A DNA stretch of 63,659 nucleotides, the filler included, from Neoconidiobolus thromboides FSU 785 (Eukaryota > Fungi > Entomophthoromycota), in the NCBI GenBank assembly GCA_025603075.1. It is 6 parts of 6 records of this genome, joined end to end, with 100 filler letters (N's around TTAATTAATTAA, not from the genome) between each part and the next. Parts side by side here need not be neighbours in the genome. Positions count along the whole stretch, not along the records: positions 1 to 29,219 come from MU626492.1; positions 29,320 to 43,026 come from MU626610.1; 4 more parts are not named here. One strand, written 5' to 3'. Both the position numbers and the translations under genes were made by a program. A model generated the notes under the pieces. It ran no database searches. It had not been told where the DNA came from and saw nothing but the letters and a program-made list of their open reading frames with translations. Position 1 is the first letter of the stretch; each line of letters starts with the position of its first letter. Of the stretch, positions 24,568 to 37,072 are shown one piece after another.

Positions 24568-25921
24568 TTAATTTACACCTAAAAGTGCCCTTGCATGCTT
24601 AGGGGTTACTTTATCATTTAAGTGCACTAGATTGAATCTTAAACCATTCATTAAATGTTCTGTATTTCTTCCACCATGTCCTTGAATTGTTTTAACAATT
24701 GATTTAATCTAAACAAGTAGTTAATTATTAAACTTAACTTTTCTAATTATAAATTTCAATTACATCACACGTAGTCCCCTTTGCAAACATGCCTTCAGGT
24801 CTTAAATTATCATATAGTATTGTACTGGAAACCAAAGCTCTTAATAAATTCTCTCTTAATTCAGAGTCAGTACTTAAATAAAATGTTATAATTTAAGAGT
24901 ATGTTAAATATATTATATTTACCTTGGTTCAGAAATTTTATGATAAGATATACCAACTAATCCAGAGAATAATTTTTCAAGTTTACCTTGAATTGGAGGA
25001 TTCTAAATAATTAATACAACTATAACATTGTGGTATATATTATATTACTTTTGCAACTAATGCTTTAATTGTTTGAGAAACGGTATTAAACATTGGAGTA
25101 TGGTGGGCTAAAAATAATGACAAATGATTTGCTTCTTCATCCGAAATAGTTAAATCTGTTTCTTTTAAGCCCTAAAAATCATTAACATTCATTGCAACTA
25201 TTAATCTTAAACAAAATGAACCTTTTCCATCATTTTAAATTTACTAATAGAACGTCGGTAAAATGAAAAATCATTTTGAATATCCGAGTTTTTAGTCTAA
25301 AAAATACAAATGTTAAATAATATTAAACAAAGTAAAATGGTTAATACTTTAAGTTCATCAAATTTAAAAGCATAGCCTAGGGCATCTAATAATAATTTGG
25401 TACTGTATTGGTTCTCCTCTAATGAACCATGTATATTGTTATTTTGGCAAAGAAATTCTAATAGTTCAACTAAGGATTTTTCTATAAAATTCTTAGTAAT
25501 TAATTATTATAACTCTCCTTAATATTACCTAAGCTTAAGCTATATCTATACAATTTTACTGTAAGATTAATAGGATCTTGCAATGCACTCCAAGCAATTA
25601 AATGATTTTCGTCCGTTGGAAAAGAAATGGCCTAAATAATAATGAACATAATATAGAGTTTTACTGAGTAGAAACTTACTTGTCTTATCTCTTCGCTACA
25701 ACCTTTATATTTTTTAAATTTTTCTAAAAGTCCATTTGAAGTATCTAAAAATTCAGTAATGTTGGCATGACTATTTTCGTTTGAGTTTGGGGTAGGATCT
25801 AGACATATTAATAGGAATTCTACAAAGAAAGAAGATAGTTTTTACTAGTTAAATTCACTTTAAGGTTAATTGGAGTGATCTCAGAGCTGCTACTTTTAAG
25901 TGAGGAAAATAATGCCCCCAT
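24568..25921 (-). CDS. CYRI: CYFIP-related Rac1 interactor (CYRI/FAM49, DUF1394) homolog, ~8 exons; not in ORF track
   Basis: Spliced translation MGALFS..YKGCSEEIRQAISFPTDE..AWSAL..FKFDELK|TKNSDIQNDFSFYRRS..EANHLSLFLAHHTPM..LRALVSSTILYDNLRPEGMFAK..LMNGLRFNLVHLNDKVTPK; colinear with human CYRI-B ([57 protein letters not shown]). Confidence 0.92.
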
Positions 25922-26475
25922 TACAAGTGAGTGAATTAATGACTTGAAATTATAAAACTTTAATTTTTTTTATTTTTTTAATAAATTGTTGGGAGGAAGA
26001 TCTTGTAAGGTAATTTGAACCAATCAATTTTCTTTTTAGTTCTAGATCCCCCACTTTTTTGGCTGTGTTTTTCAATACCTTTTTTTAACTTTGGGCAATA
26101 AATTTTAGTCGTTCTTTTTTGTTTTAGCTTATAATTAATACTTTCTAATAATAAATTCCTTTCTTTTTTTTTAAAACTTACATTGAATTGGTATCAATTA
26201 CTTTTAGTAAATTTTTTGTTCCAGTAAAATTTGACTAAATGAATATTAAATTGAGTGGCTTAAAATGATTTATTTTAATTTGAACTTAGTTTTATTTTGA
26301 AATTTTTTAACCGATTGCTCGATCATTTAATATATTTGACAAAGTTATTAAAATAATAAGTAGGATTAAATCAATCTTATAAACAATTTTAAACATAATA
26401 AAATCAATTTATTGTAAATACATATATGTTAAAATAACTTTGTAATTTTTATATCTAGTTATAAAAGTAACATTT

Positions 26476-26573
26476 GGGGATGTTTTTTTTGATTTCATTA
26501 TTTTTACATCTTTTAAGCGTTATTTAAGTGGAAAATTTGTTAGTCAAATTCTTAAATACAAAAACACATCCCC
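26476..26573 (+). mobile_element. MITE copy
   Basis: Full TIRs; TSD ATTT/ATTT. Confidence 0.95.
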
Positions 26574-26618
26574 ATTTAAAGTTTTTTGATGGTTTTCATT
26601 ACACTATTTTTACTATAT

Positions 26619-26717
26619 GGGGATGTATTTTTGTGTTTAAGAATTTGACTAACAAATTTTCCGCTTAAATGGCGCTTAAAAAATGGAAAAAATAATGAAG
26701 TCAAAAAAAACACTCTC
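26619..26717 (-). mobile_element. MITE copy
   Basis: TSD ATAT/ATAT. Confidence 0.93.
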
Positions 26718-26927
26718 ATATACTGTTTATACAACTATTTTCAAAAGTTTTAATTACAAAGGAAATTCTAAGTTATGACCTTTACAAGAATAATACATTC
26801 CACTTTATAGAAGAACAAGAACTAAAATCAACTCACCAGTAAACTAAAACTATAAAAAATTAAAAACTCAAAGTTTTGGTTTGTTTTTAGTATAATTTAC
26901 TGTATATTAATTAAAACAATATAATAT

Positions 26928-27025
26928 GAAGATGTTTTTTTTGGCTTCATTGTTTTTTCCATTTTTAAGTGCTATTTGAGCGGAAAAATTGTTAGTCAAA
27001 TTCTTAAACACAAAAATACATCCCC
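26928..27025 (+). mobile_element. MITE copy
   Basis: TSD ATAT/ATAT. Confidence 0.93.
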
Positions 27026-27249
27026 ATATTCTAGATGCATTTTTAACAAGTAAATTGAGCCAACATCTTAAAGAATATTCTTTTTAAAATGTCAAAAAGT
27101 AGATAAATAAATAAACTTTAAAATATTAAAAGTATTAAAAATTGAAAGATACGATGTATTTAAAAGCCTTTTCGTAAAACATTTAAACTTTTTCCATAAG
27201 CAGCTATCATTTTTTAAAAAATCGTTTATCTTTAAAACATAATTCATAT

Positions 27250-27348
27250 GAGAGTGTATTTTTGTATTTAAGAATTTGACTAACAATTTTTCCACTCAAA
27301 TAGCGCTTGAAAGATGGAAAAAGTGATGAAGTCAAAAAAAGCATCCCC
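27250..27348 (-). mobile_element. MITE copy
   Basis: TSD ATAT/ATAT. Confidence 0.93.
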
Positions 27349-27687
27349 ATATCCTCATGTTGAAAAAATTTAGTTGTGTACTTTTGAAAAAATCGAAATA
27401 GAGAACTCTAAACATGTTAAAAATAGGTTATTTAAAGTTGAATTTATAAAGTAAACTAAAATAATAAGATTTAAGAATCCTTTTAAGAACTTGATTTGTT
27501 TTTTATTTTTGTTTTCTAACCTTAATCACTTTAAGGTTGATCATAAATTTTGTTTAGTAGATTATAGTCAACTTAATTCTAACCTTCTTACTCTGTTACT
27601 ACTCATTGTCCATATTATAGATAAAGCTCTTTATGATAAACTAGTAAAAAACCCAATGATAGATTGATATATTTCAAATAACTATAT

Positions 27688-27782
27688 GGGGATGTATTTT
27701 TGTGTTTAAGAATTTGACTAACAATTTTTCCGCTCAAATAGCACTTAAAAATGGAAAAAACAATGAAGCCAAAAAAACTCCC
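27688..27782 (-). mobile_element. MITE copy
   Basis: TSD ATAT/ATAT. Confidence 0.93.
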
Positions 27783-27911
27783 ATATGTACTATATTTTGT
27801 ATTTGAGATTGTTAATGGATAGATATGTTTTTAGGTGTACTGTTTACTAATTGCTTACAAAAACTTCAAAGGCTAAATTTAAGCTTTTCATACCCTTTAT
27901 TTCTATCACAT

Positions 27912-28376
27912 TGTGAAATCTGGTACTCAGGGTTTGGAGTCAAGAACAGCTATTGCTGGGTTGACTACACTATAAGTCGAAAGGTCTTAGTTTATGTGAC
28001 TAAGATAGACTTGGATTATGAGGAATAGCACGTAATAGGTTACAAGCTATATAAGACAAATAGAATAGACAATATTAATGTAAAATCTATGTAAAATACT
28101 ATTAAGAAAACTTAGTGGCTTTATTAAATGTTCGAGATATCAGGGAATAATTCAGTTAAAAGCCTCGAACTACTATACTCTGTAAACTCTTTTATACTCT
28201 GAAAAGTATAGATATCAAAATGAGAAGATAATATTCTTTTTGGATGGAGCTAGAAATTCTCATAGCAAACCAAACTAAGAGCGTGGGATTGGTTGTCTCT
28301 GAAGCTCGAGAACACAACAACTTAGATGGTTGTTATGCTACAATCAATCATGGAGCTGACAAAGCGATGTTTCACA
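27912..28376 (+). mobile_element. ~465-bp TGT...ACA repeat (solo-LTR-like), copy 2
   Basis: TGTGAAAT...GTTTCACA; colinear with 9253-9715. Confidence 0.78.
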
Positions 28377-28527
28377 CAACTCAAAGTTTATAGAATTTTA
28401 TAATAAAATAATAAAGGAATGCTAAAGTTTACTATCTATAATAATAAATTCAATCAATTAATGGTTTAAAAAAGCAAAAAATAAGAACCAGTAAGTAGAA
28501 TTATTATCAACTATAGCTCTAATATAT

Positions 28528-28623
28528 GGGGATGTTTTTTTTAGCTTCAGCATTTTTTCTATCTTTTAAGCGCTATTTGAGTGGAAAAATTAGTAAAATT
28601 CTTGAATATAAAAATACATTCTC
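28528..28623 (+). mobile_element. MITE copy
   Basis: GGGGATGT start, core consensus, ends ACATTCTC. Confidence 0.9.
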
Positions 28624-29219
28624 ATGTTTTTTTGATAACTATAAAATATTAGTATTGCAGTCTACTATTAAAGATACAAAAAAACAAAAACAAGAAAATT
28701 AAAATTACCACATGCAATATTTGCTTAATAACCCAATTATTTTATCAAGACTTAATAAAGAAAGTAGTATGGGGATGCATTTTTTTAAGAATATAGCAAG
28801 AAAACAAATTTATACAATATGTATGTCTATTACATAGTTAAAAATATTTAAGAATAAAACAAAAATAAGAAAGTTTTTATATTAATACTTAAAAAGACAT
28901 ATTTGGTAGAATTATTAAAAAATTAAGTAATAAAAATTATCATATAATTTTAGACTTTGAATAAGATATAAAAATAAAAATAAAAATAAAAATAAAAACA
29001 AGTCTAATAAATTTAGACTATTATAATAAATAAGCTCTATATTGGTATTAAAGTGTGGTATGCTATATCAATAAATAATAAGATGGGAATGTATTTTTAT
29101 GTTTAAGAATTTTACTAAAAAATTATAATTTAGTATAGCAGGAAACTATTTGATTAGTTTAATATTTAAAAAGTTTATAAGAATTACAGAAAAAAGATAG
29201 TTGATAGTTGATGGATATT

Positions 29220-29319
29220 NNNNNNNNNNNNNNNNNNNNNNNNNNNNNNNNNNNNNNNNNNNNTTAATTAATTAANNNNNNNNNNNNNNNNNNNNNNNNN
29301 NNNNNNNNNNNNNNNNNNN
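29220..29319. other. Assembly gap: 44 N + TTAATTAATTAA + 44 N
   Basis: Identical 100-nt structure at five places; the linker gives stops in all six frames. Confidence 0.97.
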
Positions 29320-29833
29320 ATAGAATAATTTACTATTTACAAGAGACAACGTAACTATTTCCAAAAATTTAAATATACTATGACTAATATTTTAATAATA
29401 CTTATTAGTTTATTGATTCTCTAATGTCTTGTATATAGTAGCCTTCAAAAGTTTCAAAATCTTTCTTGTGATTGTTTGGAGCCTTAATTCGCCTAACTAG
29501 ATGGCGGTCAATTTACAAAAATCTAACTACACTCAAGTTGAATCAAATTCCTTATCAATTTACTCCTCTTAGTCCTATTACTCTCACAATATAATGGATA
29601 GCTTTTTGCAAAGTGAAATTAATAATAAACTTTGGCTATCTACCTCTACTAAAGATAAATATTTCTTGTACATACTTCCAACACTTTCAGTAATCCAACT
29701 ATTAATGCGTAACATCTACTAAACAAACTAAGTATATAAACTTTTATCATTATAAATAAAAATGCTCTGGCTTGACTTTTAAAATAAAAATAAAAATAGT
29801 AAATAAAAAGATTTTCATTTAACTTTTATTTAT

Positions 29834-31275
29834 TTATTCATTTTGAGGAATTGGACTCGAAAAGATCATTTTTGCTAAGGGATCGTCTTCCCCAATAATT
29901 GTAATAGTAGTTTCTTGTTCGTTATTAACATTAGCATTATTTTGTTTGTTATTTTGTTTATTTTCATCATCGTTATTATCCTTTTTTACTCTTTTATTTT
30001 CCATTTCCTCTTTTTCATTATAATCTTCATTATTTCCATTCTCTTCTTTTTCATCATTTTCATTTTCATTTCCATTTTCATTTTCATTTTCATTTCCATT
30101 TTCATTTCCATTTTCATTTTCATTTCCATCATCTTCGTCCTCTTCCTTATTATCACCCTCTACCTCATTTTCATCACTTTCTTCAAATTCAAAATAATTT
30201 CTTTTCCTTCTAGATTTTCTGCCTGGCAAATTATCTGTATTAATTATATTACTTGTATCTAAACCTAAGTTGAGTCATGAAATTAACGCCTTAATTTTAT
30301 AACCAATAGAAATAAAACCATCCAACTTACTTTCTTTTTCCATCTGTAATTCTCTTTTCATAGCTATTTTTTTCGCTTTTTCATTGCTTGGTCTACCTAT
30401 AAATTTATATTTATATTTAATTCTATATTTTTTTATAAATTATTATTAAATAAAAAATAGTACCTTCCATACCCAATTCTTTTAATATGCTTTCCACTTT
30501 TTTAACTTGTTGTTGTATCGTTAAACCTTCAAAGATTTTTTTCCTACAATAAAATCGAATTATTGTAGCTAAAATATCACATATAAATACTTACCATTGT
30601 TTACGCACCCCACATTTAACAACATAACCTTTTAGATTATTTAATCTGGTTTCAATCCCACTTTCTTTTTCTTTAGGCTTTCCTTTAACTACTTTTTCTT
30701 CTTTTTTCTAAGTTTAATTATAAATCAGATTCGCTATTTAATAAATAGATCGTTTACTTTATTATTTACACTTTTTTTACTCTTTGTTTTCTTTTCTTTT
30801 ACCCCTTCTTCTTCTAACTCACTTAAATCCATTTCTTCTACTTTTGTTAATTGATCGCTATATATAAAAACAATAAACTTGCCATCTTGTTCTTCTTTTT
30901 TATCTTCGTTTTCTTCCTCATCCTCTTTGTAGTTATCATTGTCATCTTTATCGTTACTATTCTCATTCTCCAGCTAAATGATAAATATATAAAATTAAAA
31001 AATTAAATAACTTACAATAAATTGATTAATAGTTTCTTTAATAAACAATTTAATATTCTCTTCATCTAAGCTTAATTCTGGAAAACTTAACTCTTTTTCT
31101 ATACCCCGTCGTAATTTTTTTTCAGTTAATGAACTAGTTAAAAATTTAATCATCCTATCTTTTGTTTGAAATGAAAAACTAGAAACTAAACTTACTCCAA
31201 ACTTTGATTTTTTAACATTGTTTCAATTGTCGTTTTGATTTTTGATTTATCACTTTCTTCCCATGATATTTTCAT
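29834..31275 (-). CDS. DEK_C-domain protein with HIRIP3/CHZ-like C-terminal motif (putative histone chaperone), multi-exon
   Basis: Spliced: MKISWEESDKSKIKTTIETMLKNQSLD|SLTEKKLRRGIEKEL (DEK_C-like); RLNNLKGYVVKCGVRKQW..ILKELGMEG|RPSNEKAKKIAMKREL..SLDTSNII; acidic Asn/Glu tail. Confidence 0.7.
30040..30130 (-). repeat. GAAAAT/GGAAAT hexamer coding repeat (ENENG)n
   Basis: ttttca/tttcca tandem run on the + strand. Confidence 0.9.
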
Positions 31276-31527
31276 TTTGGTATCGAGCCTTTTGTTTGAT
31301 AAAAAGATGAAGTTTATAGTTCCTTTTTTAGTTTTTCTAACCCTTAATATTTGTAAAATTTAAAAGATAGAAGCAACTTACTGACCATTCTTTTTATTCG
31401 GGTTAAAAATCTCAATTTTTTCAAAGGGATATTACGAAGCATCATCAGCTAATTGGTTTATTTAGAGTTTTAAACAAGTATATTTTTGATTTTAAAAAGC
31501 TTCCAAAATTAACTTTAAAACATAGTG

Positions 31528-33378
31528 ATGGAACCTGGTACTTTTTAAAACATTAGATTATTTAAAAAACTAACTACTTCAACTAGTCCGTTTTCGTAGT
31601 ATCATAGAAAAGAGACGATATCAATTACAGTTGTTAGAACAAAAATTAATCAATAACATATTATGTGCTCACTGCTTAAGGCAAACGTATCCAAAACTTG
31701 GTTTAATTTATTTTGGTAAATCCATATTTAATATTAATTAGTTTAATTGAATTTAATTGAATTTAATAATTAAAAAGAATACCTTCAATGGTGCTTGTCA
31801 ATGTTAAAAAAGCAAAGAGAAGGAGCTTTGGAAGAGGAATTCGATTTACAAAATGTTTATAAAACGATTAATCAATATAATAATAAAATAACCAAACTAG
31901 TGGATAATCCAATCACATTTTATGCAATCAATAGAAAGTTAATAAATTCAATAACAAAAGAACCATCAACTTCCTATGCTCTATTTTTACAAACTGCTGT
32001 TGATATTTATATCAATTACATTGATGGTTATCACATGTGGCTCACACCTAGTCAGTTACTAAATCTAATTAACAAAAAACAAACTAATAGTACAGCCTAT
32101 TCAATTATAGCTTTGTTAACTCGATTCACAATATCAAAATCGAATCCTATTTATAATCAATTATTTATTCCTAGTATTAGAAATGCAAAACTGCTACTGA
32201 GGAAATTGTATCAATACCCTAGCTATGAAGGTGTGGTTGGTTTAATTTTTTTATCCTTTGTCTCACTATCGTTGTTTGATTCCAATTCTGCAGTTCGTTA
32301 TTTTCAGTTAGCAGTGAGGATGTGTATATGTTTGGGGTATGATAAAAAAATGGATTCAACTGAGTTACAGTTTATCAATGAAGAAGAGAAAGAAACGAAA
32401 CTTCAAGGCCATCAGCTATGGAAGTCAATTGGTTTAAGTTGGATGTTTTTGGCTATATTTAATCCTAGCTTTTCAAACTTAGATATAGATTTTAATAATA
32501 TTAAGGAAAAAGAGAGTAAGAGTACTTCAGATACTATAAAGTATAAATTATCATTAACAAATAGTAACTTGATTCAAGATAAAAACTTAATAATTGAAAA
32601 TCAATTAATTGAAGCATTAGTTGAAATTATGTTACAAATACAAATGATAAAGTCAAAATATAAAAATGAAGAGTATAAATTAATTAAAAATGAAGAATTA
32701 CAATTACCGAATGATAAGTTTAATAACATACTGACTACTTTTATTAGTCTTGGATTTTATAAATCTATTTATATAGGTCCAATAGTAAATAATAAAAATA
32801 ATGAAATTAATAAAATGAAAGCTAATATTGAATATAATCAACAATTATTAACCTTTCAATTAGATATATTTTGTCAATTGATAACAATATATTTATATTA
32901 TCCGATAGTATTAATTCATCCAAAACCTATAAAGTTCAATCTAAATGAATTTAATTTATTATATCGATCTACACATATAATAGCTGAATATTATTTTCAA
33001 TTAAATACAAATAAAACAACAAATCATCAACCTAATTTTAATTTAGATAATAAGTATAATAATTTAATTTATAATCAATCTTTTAACTTAATTTATCATG
33101 CTCCTTATTATTCAATTATTAGTTATTGTTGTTTTGTATATTATTGTTTTATTGGGGAAATGGAATGCTATTTAAAGATTGGGGTAATGAAAAATAGGAT
33201 TGAAAAATGTAAGGTTAAATGTTTAAAATTATTATTAATATTGAAAAATGGGATGAACTCAAAGATTAAGAATGAAAGAGTAGATGCAAAGAATAACATT
33301 GGATTTATTAAAATGTATGTTGATAACTTTAAATTGGAGGGTGAGTTTTTGAGACAGGTCAGGACTATTTTGGATTGA
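31528..33378 (+). CDS. Fungal transcription-factor-like protein (Fungal_trans-type middle region), 3 exons; starts upstream of track ORF
   Basis: MEP|VRFRSIIEKRRYQLQLLEQKLINNILCAHCLRQ..F|EYLQWCLSMLKKQ joins the 31795 frame through two GT-AG introns; YFQLAVRMCICLGYD resembles the Fungal_trans motif (Y...A.R.A..LG). Confidence 0.65.
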
Positions 33379-34051
33379 AAAGGTTGAGGAAAAGTTAATA
33401 AAAAAATATAATTAATTAGAACTTTTTATTTTTATTTGAAAGTATACAAATTGATTAGAAAGAAAGTTTATTTCAAAGACATGACTGCTTTTTTCGGACG
33501 AAGTCACATTTTGTGATTCAATTTTTCAAAAATTCGGACAAATTTTAGTAAAATATTAAAGTATAAAATAGTATTTTTTAAAAGCGGATCTATGTTCAAT
33601 ATGAATAGGAATTACGAAGCCCCTATTTCCTGTGGAAAATGATTAACTGTTAAGACGTAACTCAATAGCTGTAATAATGAAAATAAGATAACTTTCTATG
33701 TAAGGAGAAAATTACTGCTAAAATCAAATAATAGTTTCAACAATAAAATTGGAATTTCATCTATCTCTTAGATCTTATTGGTAGATTTTGATAGCCGGTT
33801 TTTGAGTTTGAGCTTAACAGTTAAAAGAATAAAAGCTTGAGTTGAATTTAATATTTGAATATATTTTTAGTTTACTAGTTTTATTTCAAGGTTTTATTAA
33901 GTTATATTTATCATAAAGTGTAGTTTTTACTTAAGAAAAAAGAAAGGTATTAAATCTATCAACATATATTAACAAAAAATCGATAAAAAAGAGCAATAAA
34001 TCAAAATCAATTTTATCCACTCAAAATTAAAAAAATCAATCCCTAATTATA

Positions 34052-35141
34052 ATGTCTTCCCCCAATTGTACTTTTGTTCATGACAACTTTCAGTTTTATC
34101 TCTCTAATTTTATTTTATTTGGCATGTTTATATCCTATTTACCTCAACATTATAAAATCATTAAAAATAAAAGTTCAGATGGAATATCAAGTTATTTTTT
34201 ATTATTGGGCTCTATCTCTGGCTTATGTAACTTAATCAATATATTAATTAACCAAAGAAATGTAATTCAATGTTGTTCAGCTATTGTAAGTAGAATTTGT
34301 AAACTATTCATTTTTAATTTTGACTTATTTTTATATACATAGACTCTACCTTTATGTTTAGAAAGTTTATTAGGTGTGTTACAAATCTTTGCTCAATGGT
34401 GGTTATTTTTTGTTATGTAAATTGTTTTATACTTGTCTTATGCTTATTTTAAACATTATTATTCTTATAGCTTCATTCTTTATTACGTTTACTTTCCAGA
34501 AGATCGTAAATTAACTGATTATATTCCTCATATCCATCAAAGTTTACCACCAACTAAATATTCTGAAGAATGGCAATTAGCTTTATGGGTTAAATATACA
34601 GTTTATGGTCATTTAATAATCAGTGTTATTATTACCTCTGTTCTACTTTATGGTTTTGATAATATGGATGGGGCTTTATTATGGGCCAATTTTAATGGTT
34701 TGTTTAGTATGTTATTAGCTATGATACAGTATTTACCTCAAATTTTTATTACTTGGAAGAGAAAGGTGAGTGAGAGAGAGATGATTAATAATATTATTTA
34801 TTCTGATATCAATATCAATATTAATTAATTTTTATTAGAATATTGGTGTATTAAGTATACCAATGATGATGATGCAGACACCAGGTAAATTTAAAAAAAG
34901 AGTTTAGTATAATATTAATTATAAATTAATTTTATTAGGTGCTTTTTTATTTGTATTTTCTTTGGCTTTAAGAGAAGGAACTAATTGGACTACTTGGATT
35001 ACTTATTTAGTCACAGGAATTTTGCAAGGTACCTTATTAATAATGTGTTTATATTTTCAGTACCTTGAAAATTTAACTAAAATTCATGCTTATGAACCTA
35101 TTTATATTGGTATTGTTCAAAATTCAAATAACAATAGCCAA

Positions 35142-35173
<32 letters not shown>

Positions 35174-35444
35174 TAATAATAATAATAATATAACGAACAA
35201 TGATGATGAGAATAATAATGAGAATACAGTTATTGATAATAACATTAACGATGGTGAATCAGAGACAGAACCATTATTGAATAATCATAATCAACAAGCA
35301 AACTATGAATATCAAAAAACACCTCAATTAAGAACCAAATCTTTATTAAGCAAATGGAAAAAAACACAATTTAATTCAAAATTACATTTAGTTCATCACT
35401 CACTTGCTTCTAATTTATCCGAAAATGATGATACTCTATTATAA
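34052..35444 (+). CDS. PQ-loop repeat membrane protein, ~5 exons, poly-Asn C-tail
   Basis: ISYLPQHYKIIKNKSSDGIS and IQYLPQIFITWKRK|NIGVLSIPMMMMQTPG motifs; C-terminal ETEPLL dileucine-like sorting signal. Confidence 0.85.
35140..35230 (+). repeat. AAT trinucleotide coding microsatellite (poly-Asn)
   Basis: (aat)n runs within the last exon. Confidence 0.9.
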
Positions 35445-35543
35445 TTATTTTAAATAAATATAAATATAAAATTAACTTTCTATTTTATATGTTGAATATA
35501 ATAATGTCTATTTTATTTTATCTTATTTTAATTAAAAACAAAT

Positions 35544-36899
35544 TTAATCTTCTCGAATAAATTTAGGTGCAGGACCAATATAATGAGTAGGCAAACTTAA
35601 ACCAACTAGAATATACATTATATTAGTATCAATAACAATAACACAATAATAATAATAATAAATAACAAAAAATAAGAATCTTACCTTGATTTCTAATTTT
35701 AGTGTTTTCTCTATTACCATATAAAGCTTCATTTAAAAAACCCAAAACATGAGCATCTACTTTTATTATAGGTAAATCCCAAGTTTGTGTTGAAGATACT
35801 TTCTTGATTTTAATATTACTAAAAAACACATTAATGTCAATTCATATAAATAAATAAATGGGTTGTTAAGATTAATATTGCTATCATTTTTACTTACTTT
35901 ATAACTTTACTATTTTCCTTCTTTTGTTTTTTAAGTTTATTAACTTTTTTATTAGTATCACTGACTTTTTGTGCTTCGATAGTATCTTCTTGTTCCAAGG
36001 TTGTAAATTCTTTTAAATGTTGACTATTATAAAAAATAAATCAATAAAAAACATATATATATAAATAATCCAAAAACTTACTTATTGGCCGCTAAACTCA
36101 ATAATTCTAAAGGTAAAGGTTGAATCTCTTCATCATTGTCTTCTTCATCTTGTTTTAAATTATCGAATTTTCTTTTGTTTTCATTGAGTCTCTTTTCTTT
36201 CTTTTTTTGTAGTTTTAACTTTTTCTTTTCAGTGAGCTTCTTTTTTTCGCTATAATAGATTAGAATGAATATTAATATTTGAATGACATTTTTCTTACTT
36301 TAAGTCATATTCTTTTTTTTGTTTTTCCATATCTTCAATTATTTGTTTTCCTTTTGATAGTGTGATTTCTTCTGGGGCTTCATCATCCGACTCTTCAGAA
36401 ACTTCTTCATTCTTTTGAGTATCTATAATATTAACTTAATAACTATCAAATCAATAAAAACTGATTTTGTCTTACTTTCAACCACTTCAACATCTTCCAA
36501 GAAATCAAAATTGGTAATCTTTTTATTCTTAACTTCATTTTCCTGATTTGATTTCCCATTTTCAATACTCTCTACTTCTTCTTCTTCTTCTTCTTCCTGT
36601 TCTTGTTCATCAAATTGAGTCTCGTTTTCATTTTCAACGGCATTTTCTTGTTCTTCATCAGGAATAATTTGGTTAACATCAACCTGAGTAATTTTGTAAT
36701 TTTTTTTGTTTAAATTAATACCACTGTCTTCGTGTTCAAAAGCTTCCATTTCAATGTTTTTATCTTGTTGTAATATGGAATCTCCTTCAAAATCATTAGT
36801 GTCTGCTTGGGATAATGTTATTGAAACATCGGGATCTTGTGTGGACTTGAGTTTATTTTGTCTCTTTCTGCTTTTGCCCATTTTATAAGTTTTATTCAA
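35544..36899 (-). CDS. Low-complexity acidic/basic nuclear protein, U3 snoRNA-associated (NOL7/Bud21-like) candidate, multi-exon
   Basis: MGKSRKRQNKLK, Glu-rich block, SDDEAPEEITLS motif near 36370-36395, Lys-rich coiled coil, LPLELL, final exon ..PAPKFIRED*. Confidence 0.5.
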
Positions 36900-37072
36900 A
36901 TTTTAAAAGATAAGCTCAAATGATAGTAATTTTTCAATAGGAAAAGTGGGACTTTTTAATTTTATATTGACAAGAATTTTTAATGGTATTTTTGGCAATT
37001 TTTTCTTCCAATTAAAGAAAGCAAATTTTTAGTCATTTTTCTCTTTTCTAATTTTTAATTAATTTTATAAGA

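Noticed and set aside
25690-25760. TSNGLLEKFKK resembling the pogo/CENP-B transposase ASNGWL..FK motif
   Set aside because: It lies in frame inside exon 2 of the CYRI gene, which is colinear with CYRI over its full length.
27092-28028. Track ORFs 27092-27295 and 27825-28028 (also 41665-41859)
   Set aside because: They run through MITE or LTR-like repeat sequence and show no protein-like features.
26476-28623. Clustered ~98-bp repeats as a CRISPR-like or regularly spaced array
   Set aside because: Spacing is irregular, orientation is mixed, copies are diverged and have TIRs and TSDs, and the context is eukaryotic; a MITE explains it.
29264-29275. TTAATTAATTAA palindrome centred in every gap
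   Set aside because: Identical placement within 44+44 N at five sites and stops in all six frames mark it as an artificial scaffold linker, not biology.
29915-30262. 115-aa Phe/Ile-rich ORF resembling a membrane protein
   Set aside because: It is the antisense reading of the Glu/Asn repeat exon.
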